The notes below the pieces were generated by a model. That model was given only the letters and a program-made list of their open reading frames with translations, did no database searches and was not told the origin of the DNA. The translations under genes were made by a program, and so were the position numbers. Positions 1-9,112 of a stretch of DNA of 64,000 nt are shown here, one piece after another. The stretch comes from a virus, in IMG/VR virus record IMGVR_UViG_3300031997_000620, positions 1 through 64,000 of that record; one strand, written 5' to 3'. How positions within the stretch are numbered: the stretch's first letter is position 1; every line of letters starts with the position of its first letter.

Positions 1-16
1 GTAAGGGAGATAAACA

Positions 17-265
17 ATGTCAAGTAAAAGCATTCATCCTAATCTAGTTAAGCGTCCGCAGCGTGCGCGAAGTACAATGGTTACTCGAACAGCTTACTAT
101 ATTCCTAGGAGCATTGCTGTTAATGCAGCTATCCCTAATGGTAGTAAGGTTACTATCATAGAGTTTGAGCATAAGGGGGGCAAGGATCTGAGCTTAGTTA
201 AGGTGCAAACAGCCGATGGCACACGAACTACGGCACTCTTCTCCGATCTTGCCTTTATCCGATAA
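17..265 (+). CDS. hypothetical protein (possible small beta-barrel)
   Basis: 82-aa ORF with GGGAG RBS; stop overlaps the next start (TAATG). Confidence 0.5.
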   Translation: MSSKSIHPNLVKRPQRARSTMVTRTAYYIPRSIAVNAAIPNGSKVTIIEFEHKGGKDLSLVKVQTADGTRTTALFSDLAFIR

Positions 266-498
266 TGTGGAATGTAAATATTAGAAGGGATGGACATGTT
301 GCTGGAATGCACAAGTGCCCTAATGAAAGAGCATGGTTAACTGAACCTGATGGTTGGGCGGTGTGCAGCTTTATGTTTGAAGATTACTATGATGATGGGT
401 ATAATGCGTGCAGCGTTTGCCACAATCACGTACCTAAAGAAACTATGGACTTCTATAAGCTTTGTAAAGCACTTAGCTCCGATAGTTCAATTGGATAG
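265..498 (+). CDS. small Zn-binding protein (HxC...CxxC..VP family)
   Basis: HKC and CSVCHNHVP motifs; coupled to the upstream ORF; 3' end overlaps the tRNA. Confidence 0.55.
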   Translation: MWNVNIRRDGHVAGMHKCPNERAWLTEPDGWAVCSFMFEDYYDDGYNACSVCHNHVPKETMDFYKLCKALSSDSSIG

Positions 499-552
499 AA
501 CAACAAATTTCTAATCTGTAGGTTGCAGGTTCGACCCCTGCTCGGAGTGCCA
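476..552 (+). tRNA. tRNA-Arg(UCU), copy 1
   Basis: Acceptor GCTCCGA/TCGGAGT, anticodon loop TTTCTAA, T-arm GCAGG-TTCGACC-CCTGC, encoded CCA; one A-C mismatch in the anticodon stem. Confidence 0.9.
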
Positions 553-571
553 CTATACAGGAGATAAACAG

Positions 572-769
572 ATGCACCTTCATAGATACTCCAGTGCTTT
601 CTTATATCAAGAAAACGACCACAAAGCCCTATGGTACTGGATTAAGGATAGTGGAGATATACTAGAAGTGAAAAACAATCAACTAACTGTAAAAGTTTCT
701 AAAGAAAAAATCCCCGATATGATATGGCTTGCCATTAAGCTAGGTGCATACATAACAATCGCAAAATGA
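572..769 (+). CDS. small protein with C-terminal IPxxIxLAxKL tag
   Basis: AGGAG RBS; C-terminal KIPDMIWLAIKLG resembles the paralog tag. Confidence 0.6.
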   Translation: MHLHRYSSAFLYQENDHKALWYWIKDSGDILEVKNNQLTVKVSKEKIPDMIWLAIKLGAYITIAK

Positions 770-778
770 TAAAAGAGT

Positions 779-866
779 GCGAGGGTGCATGGAATTGGTA
801 TACAGGACTGACTCAAAATCAGTTGTCCGAAAGGGCGTGCGGGTTCGAGTCCCGTCCCTCGCACCA
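779..866 (+). tRNA. tRNA-Leu(CAA)
   Basis: Acceptor GCGAGGG/CCCTCGC, anticodon arm ACTGA-CTCAAAA-TCAGT, long variable arm, GGTTCGAGTCC, CCA end. Confidence 0.95.
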
Positions 867-870
867 TTAT

Positions 871-947
871 GCTCCGGTAGCTCAACTGGATAGAGCACAT
901 GGCTTCTAACCATGAGGTTGTAGGTTCGACCCCTACTCGGAGTACCA
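871..947 (+). tRNA. tRNA-Arg(UCU), copy 2
   Basis: Acceptor GCTCCGG/TCGGAGT, anticodon arm CATGG-CTTCTAA-CCATG, T-arm, CCA end. Confidence 0.95.
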
Positions 948-1008
948 CATTTGAACTAAATGCTAAAGTTCCCGCGGGGAATACCGATAAGTATGATAGG
1001 AGGAAACG

Positions 1009-1395
1009 ATGAAGGTTCGATTCCTGGGGCTGGCTAGAAAGATCGCTTGCACTAGCGACTCTAAGTTTAGGGTGGGTGCTGTACTGACGAAGGGTAATTC
1101 GATTATGGGACTAGGCTGCAATGACATGAGTAAGTCTCACCCTTTGATGACGGAGTATAGTAGAGGCACCAGAAAGCCATTGATTAGGGTTCATGCCGAA
1201 TTGGCCGCTTGTAGAGGATGGAAGCCGGACGAGGTTGACAAACGATTCTCGCTGTATATCTTTCGTGTTCGCAAGGATGGCACACAAGGGCTAGCTAAGC
1301 CTTGTGACACTTGCTTCCGAATCATTCAAGAAGCGGGGGTACACCGTATCTACTTTAGCCTAGACGATGCAGGCTTCGGGGAGCTACGGTGGTGA
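1009..1395 (+). CDS. cytidine/dCMP deaminase-family Zn protein
   Basis: VGAVL, HAE and PCxxC catalytic Zn motifs; AGGAGG RBS. Confidence 0.85.
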   Translation: MKVRFLGLARKIACTSDSKFRVGAVLTKGNSIMGLGCNDMSKSHPLMTEYSRGTRKPLIRVHAELAACRGWKPDEVDKRFSLYIFRVRKDGTQGLAKPCDTCFRIIQEAGVHRIYFSLDDAGFGELRW

Positions 1396-1622
1396 TGGTA
1401 GGACTGAATACAATGGTAACTAAAGGACAAAGCTTTGAGCTAATCTGGGTAGAAGAAGACGAACGAGGGGGACAATTTGTAGAATGGGCATATCACCAGA
1501 GACACTACTACCACCTACATGTAGGACAGCGACCTTCTATGCTGGGGATAGATAATAAGTGTGCTAGATGTACTAAAGAGATCCCTGGACTAATCGCATT
1601 AGCATTCAAACTTGGAGGATAA
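1389..1622 (+). CDS. small Zn-binding protein with C-terminal tag
   Basis: C-terminus NKCARCTKEIPGLIALAFKLGG. Confidence 0.6.
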   Translation: MVMVGLNTMVTKGQSFELIWVEEDERGGQFVEWAYHQRHYYHLHVGQRPSMLGIDNKCARCTKEIPGLIALAFKLGG

Positions 1623-1623
1623 C

Positions 1624-1905
1624 ATGGACGACTTTGAAACTCTAGTAAAGCAGGCCCTAGTCGATCAGGTGTTTGCGAACAATTCCAGATACTTTGAGAA
1701 GTTTTATAGCCCCGAAGTTAGGAACGCCCGGAACCTTTGGCACGCTGCCGCAGTTGAGGTAGACTATTCTCGCCGACTAGCGGGAGACAATAGCCAGCGT
1801 TACTTCCGAGCGATCGAGGCAGAGGCGAGCGCGCATTGGAACTACTGCCAAGCTAAGGACTTGGCAGGCATCCTTGAAAGGGCTCACGGTGGACATGACA
1901 ATTAA
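1624..1905 (+). CDS. hypothetical protein
   Basis: ORF in the gene chain; GGAGG RBS before the ATG at 1624. Confidence 0.5.
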   Translation: MDDFETLVKQALVDQVFANNSRYFEKFYSPEVRNARNLWHAAAVEVDYSRRLAGDNSQRYFRAIEAEASAHWNYCQAKDLAGILERAHGGHDN

Positions 1906-1962
1906 AGTTTGGCAAATCGCTAAACTAATTCTCGAACAAGAAGAACTTGGAGGTACTTTTGA

Positions 1963-3081
1963 ATGACGACTCGAAGTCTTTGTGACTTTATCCATAGCTT
2001 TGCAGCAGTAGGGCGAACAGAGGAAGGGTACGGTAATTACTACACCATTTCCGGTCCTACTACGGATGTTCTACTCTATTTTGATGAGACAGAGGCGCGG
2101 GCAAAGGTATCATCCGAAACCGTGAATGTTGTTCTTCTTCGAACGAAGACTCCTGATGGACAGGTAGTCATTTTCCATAGCCACAATGCAGTACAGAGCA
2201 AGCGACGATCAGATTGTAATGCTCCGCGAGATGCGGCGCAAAAGTTTGCGGACGTATCGTTTGAACTGCCGGGGAAGCTTCTTGATGTTGATGAAGATCT
2301 TAGCAATCTTCGCATTACTAACCAAAATGGTAAGAACTTGCTCATTGAGTTGCCTAGTGGGAAGTATCTTATTACTTGTCTACCTAACGATACAGTAAAC
2401 AAATCAAATCTTCTGACCTTTATCCCGACAGATTCCCCGCAGGGACATACTACTACGATAGCTAAGAACTACTATACTGTAATGGTGCCCGTATCTTCGA
2501 CAACTACACTGGCAAGTACGGCAGCTATAACTCCGGAATGGATCAAAGAAAATGACGTGTTTGTGGGTGGAGCATGGCTAATTAATCAGGGTGAAGCTGA
2601 GATTGGGGAGTTTAACCCTACTCCCGAAGAGATAGAAGATTTTTGTAATAAACCTGTACTTGCGATGGAGGCTCCGTATTATGATGCGCTACTTAGCGCG
2701 GCAGCAGACCATAGGGCAAACTTTGACCTAAAGTATGAGTATGGGGTGCCTTATAACGGAGAGGGGCCGTGTGCGGTTACTGAAACAGTAGATCAGGTAG
2801 CAACACATAGATCTAAACTATTGGCATGGAAGAGCAGAGCCGATAAGTTTGTTCACAAGTACCTTGCCTTTGATAAGAAGCTCTTTTTTGGAGAGGGCCG
2901 TGTTCTTTCGTCCAGTCCGGGATGTGTGGCACAATACTACAACGATGGAGTACACAACTACATTAAGGGGGTTGTATCATATAAGGCACACTATGATCGA
3001 TCCATTCCTGAAGGGGCAACGGTGCTAACGAATTGGCACCAGGTGTTTTCTATTGTTGGCAACAAAAGCCAGTTACTATAG
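1963..3081 (+). CDS. hypothetical protein (372 aa)
   Basis: Long ORF with GGAGG RBS; no recognised motif. Confidence 0.7.
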   Translation: MTTRSLCDFIHSFAAVGRTEEGYGNYYTISGPTTDVLLYFDETEARAKVSSETVNVVLLRTKTPDGQVVIFHSHNAVQSKRRSDCNAPRDAAQKFADVSFELPGKLLDVDEDLSNLRITNQNGKNLLIELPSGKYLITCLPNDTVNKSNLLTFIPTDSPQGHTTTIAKNYYTVMVPVSSTTTLASTAAITPEWIKENDVFVGGAWLINQGEAEIGEFNPTPEEIEDFCNKPVLAMEAPYYDALLSAAADHRANFDLKYEYGVPYNGEGPCAVTETVDQVATHRSKLLAWKSRADKFVHKYLAFDKKLFFGEGRVLSSSPGCVAQYYNDGVHNYIKGVVSYKAHYDRSIPEGATVLTNWHQVFSIVGNKSQLL

Positions 3082-3089
3082 GGGGATAA

Positions 3090-4091
3090 ATGGGATCATT
3101 CAAAGAGTATTACGAAGACGTTGGGAACTATCAGGAGAATATCGAAAGAGAAGAAGAACGTGAGTTAGTGAACTCATTATCTAACATTCGTTTTTCACTA
3201 CGAGAAGAAATCTTTTCAGTAGATGGAATGCCGGGGCTTATTGTAGACGAGGTAAAGAGGCTTACGTCGGTTGCCTCGGTGACTAACGACTTCAATAGTA
3301 ATAAGCAAGGCAATAACTCGGATGTAGAACAAAGGGTCACAGAGATTCTTGTAGAGCCTACAAAGGCGAACCTTCACCTTTGTAACTTCAGAATGGAGTG
3401 GCTTTTCAAGCTGCTAAGTTGGCTACGGGTAGATACCCATTCGGCTTTTGCTATTGAAATTTTCAAAGCACAAGCAGATAAGATCGAGCAGAAGCTTGTG
3501 CTATCGTGTCTTAAGATGGCGGTTCGTTTGGCTATGGAATACCGGGGCCGACTGGCGCACGAAGATGCGGTACAAGTTGCGAACCTTGCGCTAGTTGAGG
3601 CAGCTAAGAAGTTTGACCCGGTAATGGGCGTTCGATTCTGTACTTATGCGCATCATAAGATTCACTTCAAGATGAAACAGAAGCTAATGGAAGACCCTTT
3701 TGGAATGGTTCACATTCCCCACTCGGCTGAGGTAGAGGATGGGACGGGTAGTTGGTTCTCACTAGAGGAAAACGTAGACGTAGGAAGGCAGCGAAGCCTA
3801 GCAGACATGATCCCTGATGATGGGCCGACCCTAGAAGAGAATGTAGACAGGAGTTTGATTAGAGAGTCACTGAAGGAGGCTCTTGGTAGATACTTGACAG
3901 AGCAGGAGGGAGAGGTTATCTTTATTAGATACCTATCCTTCGGCAAGATTCTCACCTATCAAGAAGTAAGTGAGTACATGAACTTTGCACTGACGAGGGA
4001 GCGCCTTCGACAGATTGAAGACGTGGCTTTGAAAAAGCTAAGTGAACGGTTTGAACTAAAGGAACTCCTAGCATTCTTTGAGGAGGCATAG
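3090..4091 (+). CDS. phage RNA polymerase sigma factor (sigma-70 family)
   Basis: Region 2 (EDAVQVANLALVEAAKKFDP..GVRFCTYA) and region 4 HTH (LTYQEVS..LTRERLRQIEDVALKKL). Confidence 0.9.
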   Translation: MGSFKEYYEDVGNYQENIEREEERELVNSLSNIRFSLREEIFSVDGMPGLIVDEVKRLTSVASVTNDFNSNKQGNNSDVEQRVTEILVEPTKANLHLCNFRMEWLFKLLSWLRVDTHSAFAIEIFKAQADKIEQKLVLSCLKMAVRLAMEYRGRLAHEDAVQVANLALVEAAKKFDPVMGVRFCTYAHHKIHFKMKQKLMEDPFGMVHIPHSAEVEDGTGSWFSLEENVDVGRQRSLADMIPDDGPTLEENVDRSLIRESLKEALGRYLTEQEGEVIFIRYLSFGKILTYQEVSEYMNFALTRERLRQIEDVALKKLSERFELKELLAFFEEA

Positions 4092-4093
4092 CC

Positions 4094-4393
4094 ATGCGAA
4101 AGACTATAAGAAAGATTAAGATGGTTCATAGCTGCACGACTCACCCCGGACCAGAAGGAACTAAATACACAAGAGAATTAACTAATACTCCAAAAAGAGG
4201 GGAAAGATTAATCTTTAGATCCTGCCCAGATTGGGATCAAGAAATTACAAGAGAGCAAACATTCTTTGAAGCAGAGAAAGAAAACGACTGGTGGCCTTCT
4301 CAACTAAAAGATTTTGAATGCAAACATTGTAAGTGGAAAATATCCAAAGAAGAAATATCGTCTGAGTATTTACTTAGAAAATTGGAGGTATAA
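4094..4393 (+). CDS. Zn-binding protein, paralog of 8202..8693
   Basis: HSC...CKHCKWKISKEEI..EYLLRKL. Confidence 0.6.
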   Translation: MRKTIRKIKMVHSCTTHPGPEGTKYTRELTNTPKRGERLIFRSCPDWDQEITREQTFFEAEKENDWWPSQLKDFECKHCKWKISKEEISSEYLLRKLEV

Positions 4394-4713
4394 TGGACAA
4401 CACGAGCCTATTGGACAAGCTATTGACACAGGCGACTAAGAGTTGTCGGATTGCGATTCGTAAGGAATATCGAGAAGAGTTAGCAGCCTTTGAAGCTGCC
4501 AACAAGAAGTTAGAAGCACGACTACAAAATCAAGAGAGTTATATCGAAAAGCTGGAAGATCACAATTCCAGTTTCATAGAATCGGCAGATGAAGTACGAG
4601 GAATGCTAGAAGAAATAAGTTGTCTAGGAAGAACAGCCGACCAACAACTGAAAGAACTCCGACAGCTTACGGCTAAGAAGAAGGCCACAGCAAAGAAGAA
4701 GGGGGTAAAATGA
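4393..4713 (+). CDS. coiled-coil protein with basic tail
   Basis: Heptad-rich sequence; KKKATAKKKGVK end; GGAGG RBS. Confidence 0.55.
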   Translation: MDNTSLLDKLLTQATKSCRIAIRKEYREELAAFEAANKKLEARLQNQESYIEKLEDHNSSFIESADEVRGMLEEISCLGRTADQQLKELRQLTAKKKATAKKKGVK

Positions 4714-5000
4714 ATATCAGTGAAGGGCTATTCGCATTCCTATTGTTCCTAGCAGTCATCCCTGCATATGTGTTTGCTATCTATGGCTTGTACATTTCTC
4801 GAATGACGAGCAGCATGGTAGGCAAGCTACTGGAGCAGGACATGAATGCGATGGGAGCAGTAGGTGGACACATGGGTTCTCCAGCTTATCCCGCCACTTC
4901 CATGAGCCTACAGGACTTTGCTAAGATGGTAAACAGCAAAGCTAAGAAGGGTGACGAAGAAGGAGACGCACCTAAGCCGGTAGGAGGGCACTATCTATGA
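4710..5000 (+). CDS. membrane-anchored hypothetical protein
   Basis: N-terminal hydrophobic helix; ATGA coupling. Confidence 0.55.
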   Translation: MNISEGLFAFLLFLAVIPAYVFAIYGLYISRMTSSMVGKLLEQDMNAMGAVGGHMGSPAYPATSMSLQDFAKMVNSKAKKGDEEGDAPKPVGGHYL

Positions 5001-5308
5001 CCCTAATAAAGTTTCTTGTAATAATTTCTCTTGTTTATGAATCACTTGGGCTAAATTCCGTAGCAAATGCGGGTACTTGGATGTGTTTTACCCCCGAATG
5101 TAACATCGGAAATGTTACAACTAAAGAACAGCCTAGGGATAATGACAAGTGGAATCGGACCAGTCGCCCGCACAAGATTACGACTATTCGTCGCGGAAGT
5201 GCAGGCACTACGATTATTGATGAAGACTACACAAGTGGGACAACTACAATCAGAGAGTCAGATGGGGAACGAACTCGCACCACGATCATCGATACAGACG
5301 AGGAGTAA
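4997..5308 (+). CDS. putative secreted protein
   Basis: Signal-peptide-like N-terminus ending in ANA; Thr-rich beta strands. Confidence 0.5.
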   Translation: MTLIKFLVIISLVYESLGLNSVANAGTWMCFTPECNIGNVTTKEQPRDNDKWNRTSRPHKITTIRRGSAGTTIIDEDYTSGTTTIRESDGERTRTTIIDTDEE

Positions 5309-5312
5309 CACA

Positions 5313-5579
5313 ATGCCCTATGTCAAGAAAGACAGACGATGGGAATATGTTGATGGGTTAAACGAGTTGCTTGTCGTATTAGAAGGGTACTCGTTTCCCC
5401 CTGGAGATCTAAACTACATTATCACGAAACTACTCCATGCAGCATGGGACTGTAACCCTAGGTATGATACAGGGAATGAACTCGTTGGGGTACTAGAGTG
5501 TGCCAAGCAAGAATTCTATCGTCGTAAGCTAGCACCCTATGAGGATAAGAAGATTCAAGAGAATGGAGACTTAGAATGA
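5313..5579 (+). CDS. conserved phage protein (MPY...GxLNYxIT...GVLECAKxEFYRR..PYED type)
   Basis: Recognisable widespread phage motif; AGGAG RBS before ATG 5313. Confidence 0.7.
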   Translation: MPYVKKDRRWEYVDGLNELLVVLEGYSFPPGDLNYIITKLLHAAWDCNPRYDTGNELVGVLECAKQEFYRRKLAPYEDKKIQENGDLE

Positions 5580-5806
5580 AGACAGACTTCGAAACCCTAG
5601 TGTGTAAGTTAGGTGTGTGCCCTGGAGAGCATTGTCCTTTTTGTTCCTCTTGTCTAAAGGGAGATCCGATCCCAGAGGAGTCTCGTGCAAAAGGATACTA
5701 CGGGAATAAGACTCACTTCAGTAGAAAGATTAGTATCTTCGACAGAGAGCTGGAGAGCATGATTAGGTTTCAGTGTCCTGATTGCAATACAAGCTGGAGA
5801 GCATGA
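5576..5806 (+). CDS. Zn-ribbon protein
   Basis: CPFC...CPDC. Confidence 0.55.
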   Translation: MKTDFETLVCKLGVCPGEHCPFCSSCLKGDPIPEESRAKGYYGNKTHFSRKISIFDRELESMIRFQCPDCNTSWRA

Positions 5807-6153
5807 TGCCGGGAGTCTTTCTAAATCCGGTTTATGGTAAAGGTGGCTTCCCTAAAAGTATGCAAGAATATATCAAGTCGCCTAACAACAAGCTAGAAAT
5901 GATTGAAGAGGGGGAAGGTTACTTCGTTTACTATAAGCCATACAGCAGGATAGTGGAGAAACTCACAAAGCGAGCGGGCAATGTGTATGTTTGTATTAAC
6001 CGCCCCGGCGCGCACGTCCACGGAAGAGAGTATTGGATTGAATACAGCGACAAGGAATGGCCGAAGATGAAGACTATCCCGCCGCACATTAAAGAGAAAG
6101 CTCTGGCGTTTCGAACTTTCTACACATTGAAGGAAAAGATTACCCCCAGATAA
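5803..6153 (+). CDS. hypothetical protein
   Basis: ORF coupled to the upstream stop (ATGA). Confidence 0.5.
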   Translation: MMPGVFLNPVYGKGGFPKSMQEYIKSPNNKLEMIEEGEGYFVYYKPYSRIVEKLTKRAGNVYVCINRPGAHVHGREYWIEYSDKEWPKMKTIPPHIKEKALAFRTFYTLKEKITPR

Positions 6154-6154
6154 C

Positions 6155-6183
6155 TTGACAAGGCCAGCGAAAATTGTGATAAT
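6155..6183 (+). promoter_or_regulatory. sigma70-type promoter
   Basis: TTGACA-17 nt-GATAAT with an upstream TG, followed by an AGGAGG RBS. Confidence 0.8.
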
Positions 6184-6199
6184 TGTCTAGGAGGTATCC

Positions 6200-6703
6200 A
6201 TGAGCCACATTGATCTTAAACTTGGAAACAATCTATACGCAAAAATCTCGGAAGAAGACGCAGACGTTATGACCCTAGGTAGCTGGACTGCCCACGGCAG
6301 TAAGAGCGGCAACTATGCTTGTATGCGCACCACCATTGGAGGAATGCGGCAGCGAGTCTGGTTGCATACTTTGATTATGGAAGAACTGATCGGCCGATCC
6401 TTAAAGAAGGATGAACTCGTTGACCATATCAATCAGGACAAGCTAGACTGCCGGCGAAGTAACCTGCGCATGGCTAACCGAACGCAGAACAATGCGAACA
6501 AGGGCAAGCGTAAGGGAACTAGCTCCAAGTATAAGGGGGTATCTTGGTCTAAGAAGCATGAGAAGTGGAGATGCTACATTGTCATTGACCGAAAGCTCAA
6601 GCACCTAGGACTGTTTGATGACGAGAAGGAAGCAGGACTCATGTATAACAAGGCGGCAGCCGAAGTATTCAAAGAATTCGCAACATTGAATAAAATCAAA
6701 TGA
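6200..6703 (+). CDS. HNH-AP2 homing endonuclease
   Basis: VDHINQDKLDCRRSNLR (HNH) plus SKYKGVSW...HLGLFDDEKEA (AP2). Confidence 0.9.
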   Translation: MSHIDLKLGNNLYAKISEEDADVMTLGSWTAHGSKSGNYACMRTTIGGMRQRVWLHTLIMEELIGRSLKKDELVDHINQDKLDCRRSNLRMANRTQNNANKGKRKGTSSKYKGVSWSKKHEKWRCYIVIDRKLKHLGLFDDEKEAGLMYNKAAAEVFKEFATLNKIK

Positions 6704-7671
6704 AGTGTGACCTAGTATGTGAAGGTGGGGGCACTAAGATTAGTGGTCTAGTAGGGGGCATTAAAGCCCTTGAAGATCAAGGGTTTGAATTTGTCAATAT
6801 GGCAGGAGCATCGGCTGGGGCAATTGCCATGAGCCTGAAAGCAGCAGGGTACAACTCTACAGAACTAGAAAACTTAATCCTTAACTTAGACTTTAAGGAA
6901 TTCCAAGACGGGAGTAAATTCCTAACTATCTACAATTGGTTTGTCAATCAAGGCATCTATAAGGGAGATGCCTTCTATCAATTCATGAAAGACAGGCTTA
7001 AAGAAAAAAACGTCTCCACCTTTGGGGACTTAATTTGTTATAAGGAAAATGGGTATGCTGAAACGAATTATAAATGGAGATGGAAGCTAAAGGTTATTGC
7101 AACTGATGTATCTAGGAACGAGATGGTAGTCCTACCGGATGATGCAGAAGCGTATGGGCAGAATCCAGATGAAGTTGAAGTGGCCCAAGCTATTCGTATG
7201 AGTATGAGTATTCCTTATTTCTTCCGGCCAGTAAGAAAGTGGGATGCGTGGTTTATTGATGGTGGAGCAACTTCTAATTTTCCTATCTGGTTGTTCGATG
7301 CTAATACAGTAGAAGAAATAACTCACCCTACCTTCGGGCTCTTGCTAGATGGTGGGGAGTTTGAAAGACATAATGAGATTACGGGGTGGTGGACATACCT
7401 AAAAGCTATTCTGAATACAATGCTAGAAGCACATGACAGAAAGTTTATCCATCCAGAAGACTTTGACAATAGAATTATTAAGATCCCTACTGGAGATGTA
7501 GGGTCAACTGATTTTAATTTGCCGAGAGCAAAGAAAGAATGGCTGGTGCATTCAGGATATATTGCAGGAAAAGAATTTCTAAGTGATTGGACATGGGAGG
7601 ATTATCTCGAATGGACAAAGAAAAAGATGGAGGAGAGGAGAGGCTCTCCGTCTATGAGTTTCAATCGCTAA
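6700..7671 (+). CDS. patatin-like phospholipase
   Basis: EGGG oxyanion loop, GASAG nucleophile elbow, SMSIP, DGG. Confidence 0.92.
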   Translation: MKCDLVCEGGGTKISGLVGGIKALEDQGFEFVNMAGASAGAIAMSLKAAGYNSTELENLILNLDFKEFQDGSKFLTIYNWFVNQGIYKGDAFYQFMKDRLKEKNVSTFGDLICYKENGYAETNYKWRWKLKVIATDVSRNEMVVLPDDAEAYGQNPDEVEVAQAIRMSMSIPYFFRPVRKWDAWFIDGGATSNFPIWLFDANTVEEITHPTFGLLLDGGEFERHNEITGWWTYLKAILNTMLEAHDRKFIHPEDFDNRIIKIPTGDVGSTDFNLPRAKKEWLVHSGYIAGKEFLSDWTWEDYLEWTKKKMEERRGSPSMSFNR

Positions 7672-7962
7672 GCCCTGAGAATGGATTCTTTTTTGTTAGC
7701 GAGCTATCGCGAAGGAGACTAAAAAATACTCTTAGACCCGAGCAAATCTTTAAGATTCACGAAGCAAAGTTCTTGATCTGGGAAAGATTTGGAATGGTAA
7801 ATGTTTTTCTTGGACAAGCATTCGCATACGAAGACATTGCTTTGATTGCACATTCCGTTGCTCCTGGCAAAGATGATTACTCTTTCGACATTCCTAGTTT
7901 TCTTTACATGACGTTTGAAAGTGGGAAAGAAACAATGTTTGCCAACAGATGGGGGAAAGATT

Positions 7963-8205
7963 ATGGACATACTGATCCCGAAGGGTTATACGGTAGTGAT
8001 TTGCAAGAACGAAAGACATAGGAGTGTAGTGGGGGGAGAAGTAACCATAACGGCGCTACGAAACCCTGAGACTAAGAAGATTGTCATGGTCATCGAAGAC
8101 CATGTAGAAGATACTAAGAAAATAGCTGGCCCTCTGAGCATCCGAGAGCTGGATGTGATGAAGGACATTATCAACGATATTCTATGGAAGGGGCAGGTAA
8201 AGTGA
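7963..8205 (+). CDS. hypothetical protein
   Basis: ORF in the gene chain; start uncertain. Confidence 0.4.
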   Translation: MDILIPKGYTVVICKNERHRSVVGGEVTITALRNPETKKIVMVIEDHVEDTKKIAGPLSIRELDVMKDIINDILWKGQVK

Positions 8206-8693
8206 GCAAGCCTACATTCGTAATGAAATACAAAGGTTGGAACATTCTCCAAAATGATATACGCTATAATGTTGTACGGAGAAGTAGTGAAGGACAAATT
8301 TGTGGCGTAAAGTATGGGTTTCTTAGTATACCTGCTGCTAAGAGATGGATTGGTAGAAACGTCGCTCTGGCTAGTGGTAAAGGAAAACGACAGCCGAAGC
8401 CGAAAACTCCGACAACAAAGGGCATTCGAATTAAACATACTTGCACTAAACCTGACAGCAAGACTTTTGCGAGGTTTCGTTTTAGTAAGGTTCGAGACTC
8501 GATCACTTACATTAACCGAACCTATGACAACTACGCAAAGAATGCGATTAATGACATTATCCTAGATTGTTCAGACAAAGCTGAAGACTGGTTTGATGGA
8601 CTACCGGAGACATATACATGTAAGTCATGCAAATTCTCTGTTACAAAAGCTGAGATCATGAATACATACTTATTCAAAAAGATGGGGGGATAA
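8202..8693 (+). CDS. Zn-binding protein, paralog of 4094..4393
   Basis: HTC...CKSCKFSVTKAEI..YLFKKM; GTGA coupling at 8202. Confidence 0.6.
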   Translation: MSKPTFVMKYKGWNILQNDIRYNVVRRSSEGQICGVKYGFLSIPAAKRWIGRNVALASGKGKRQPKPKTPTTKGIRIKHTCTKPDSKTFARFRFSKVRDSITYINRTYDNYAKNAINDIILDCSDKAEDWFDGLPETYTCKSCKFSVTKAEIMNTYLFKKMGG

Positions 8694-8882
8694 ATGAGCA
8701 AAATAATTATTAGTCTAATACTTATAGTAGGGGCCTCATGCACAACTCCATCACAACAAATTGTTCCTAGAGCAACTTGTACGTCACAACCTTTTTTGCG
8801 TCGTGGAGAAGTACATGGGTGTACAGGATGGACTAAATCTATAGATGGAACAGAAGAATGGGGTAGAGGAGAAATCAAATGA
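8694..8882 (+). CDS. putative small lipoprotein
   Basis: MSK + hydrophobic stretch + GASC lipobox-like site. Confidence 0.45.
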   Translation: MSKIIISLILIVGASCTTPSQQIVPRATCTSQPFLRRGEVHGCTGWTKSIDGTEEWGRGEIK

Positions 8883-9112
8883 AGATAGCATTCCCTTGTA
8901 GAGTTTGTGGATTAGGAAAGTTTGAGGCAGACTGGATTGACTCTGGCACGGTTATCATTTGTGATGTGTGCCAGACAGAAACAGTCATCGACCTATGGGC
9001 ACCTGATGAAAGAGACGTGTTCTTTAGGAAGGCTGCGAGAGGGGGTTTTGTAGAGAACGGAAGAGAAATCCTACACACTTGCCCGGAGTGCAATAATAGT
9101 TTCCATGCCTAA
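8879..9112 (+). CDS. Zn-finger protein
   Basis: Three CxxC motifs. Confidence 0.55.
   Translation: MKIAFPCRVCGLGKFEADWIDSGTVIICDVCQTETVIDLWAPDERDVFFRKAARGGFVENGREILHTCPECNNSFHA

Noticed and set aside
476-947. Possible amber suppressor tRNAs (CTA within the anticodon loops) and stop-codon recoding
   Set aside because: The 7-nt loops place TCT, not CTA, at the anticodon. Core genes are intact in the standard code and several end in TAG.
679-948. 89-aa minus-strand ORF
   Set aside because: It is the antisense shadow of the tRNA genes.
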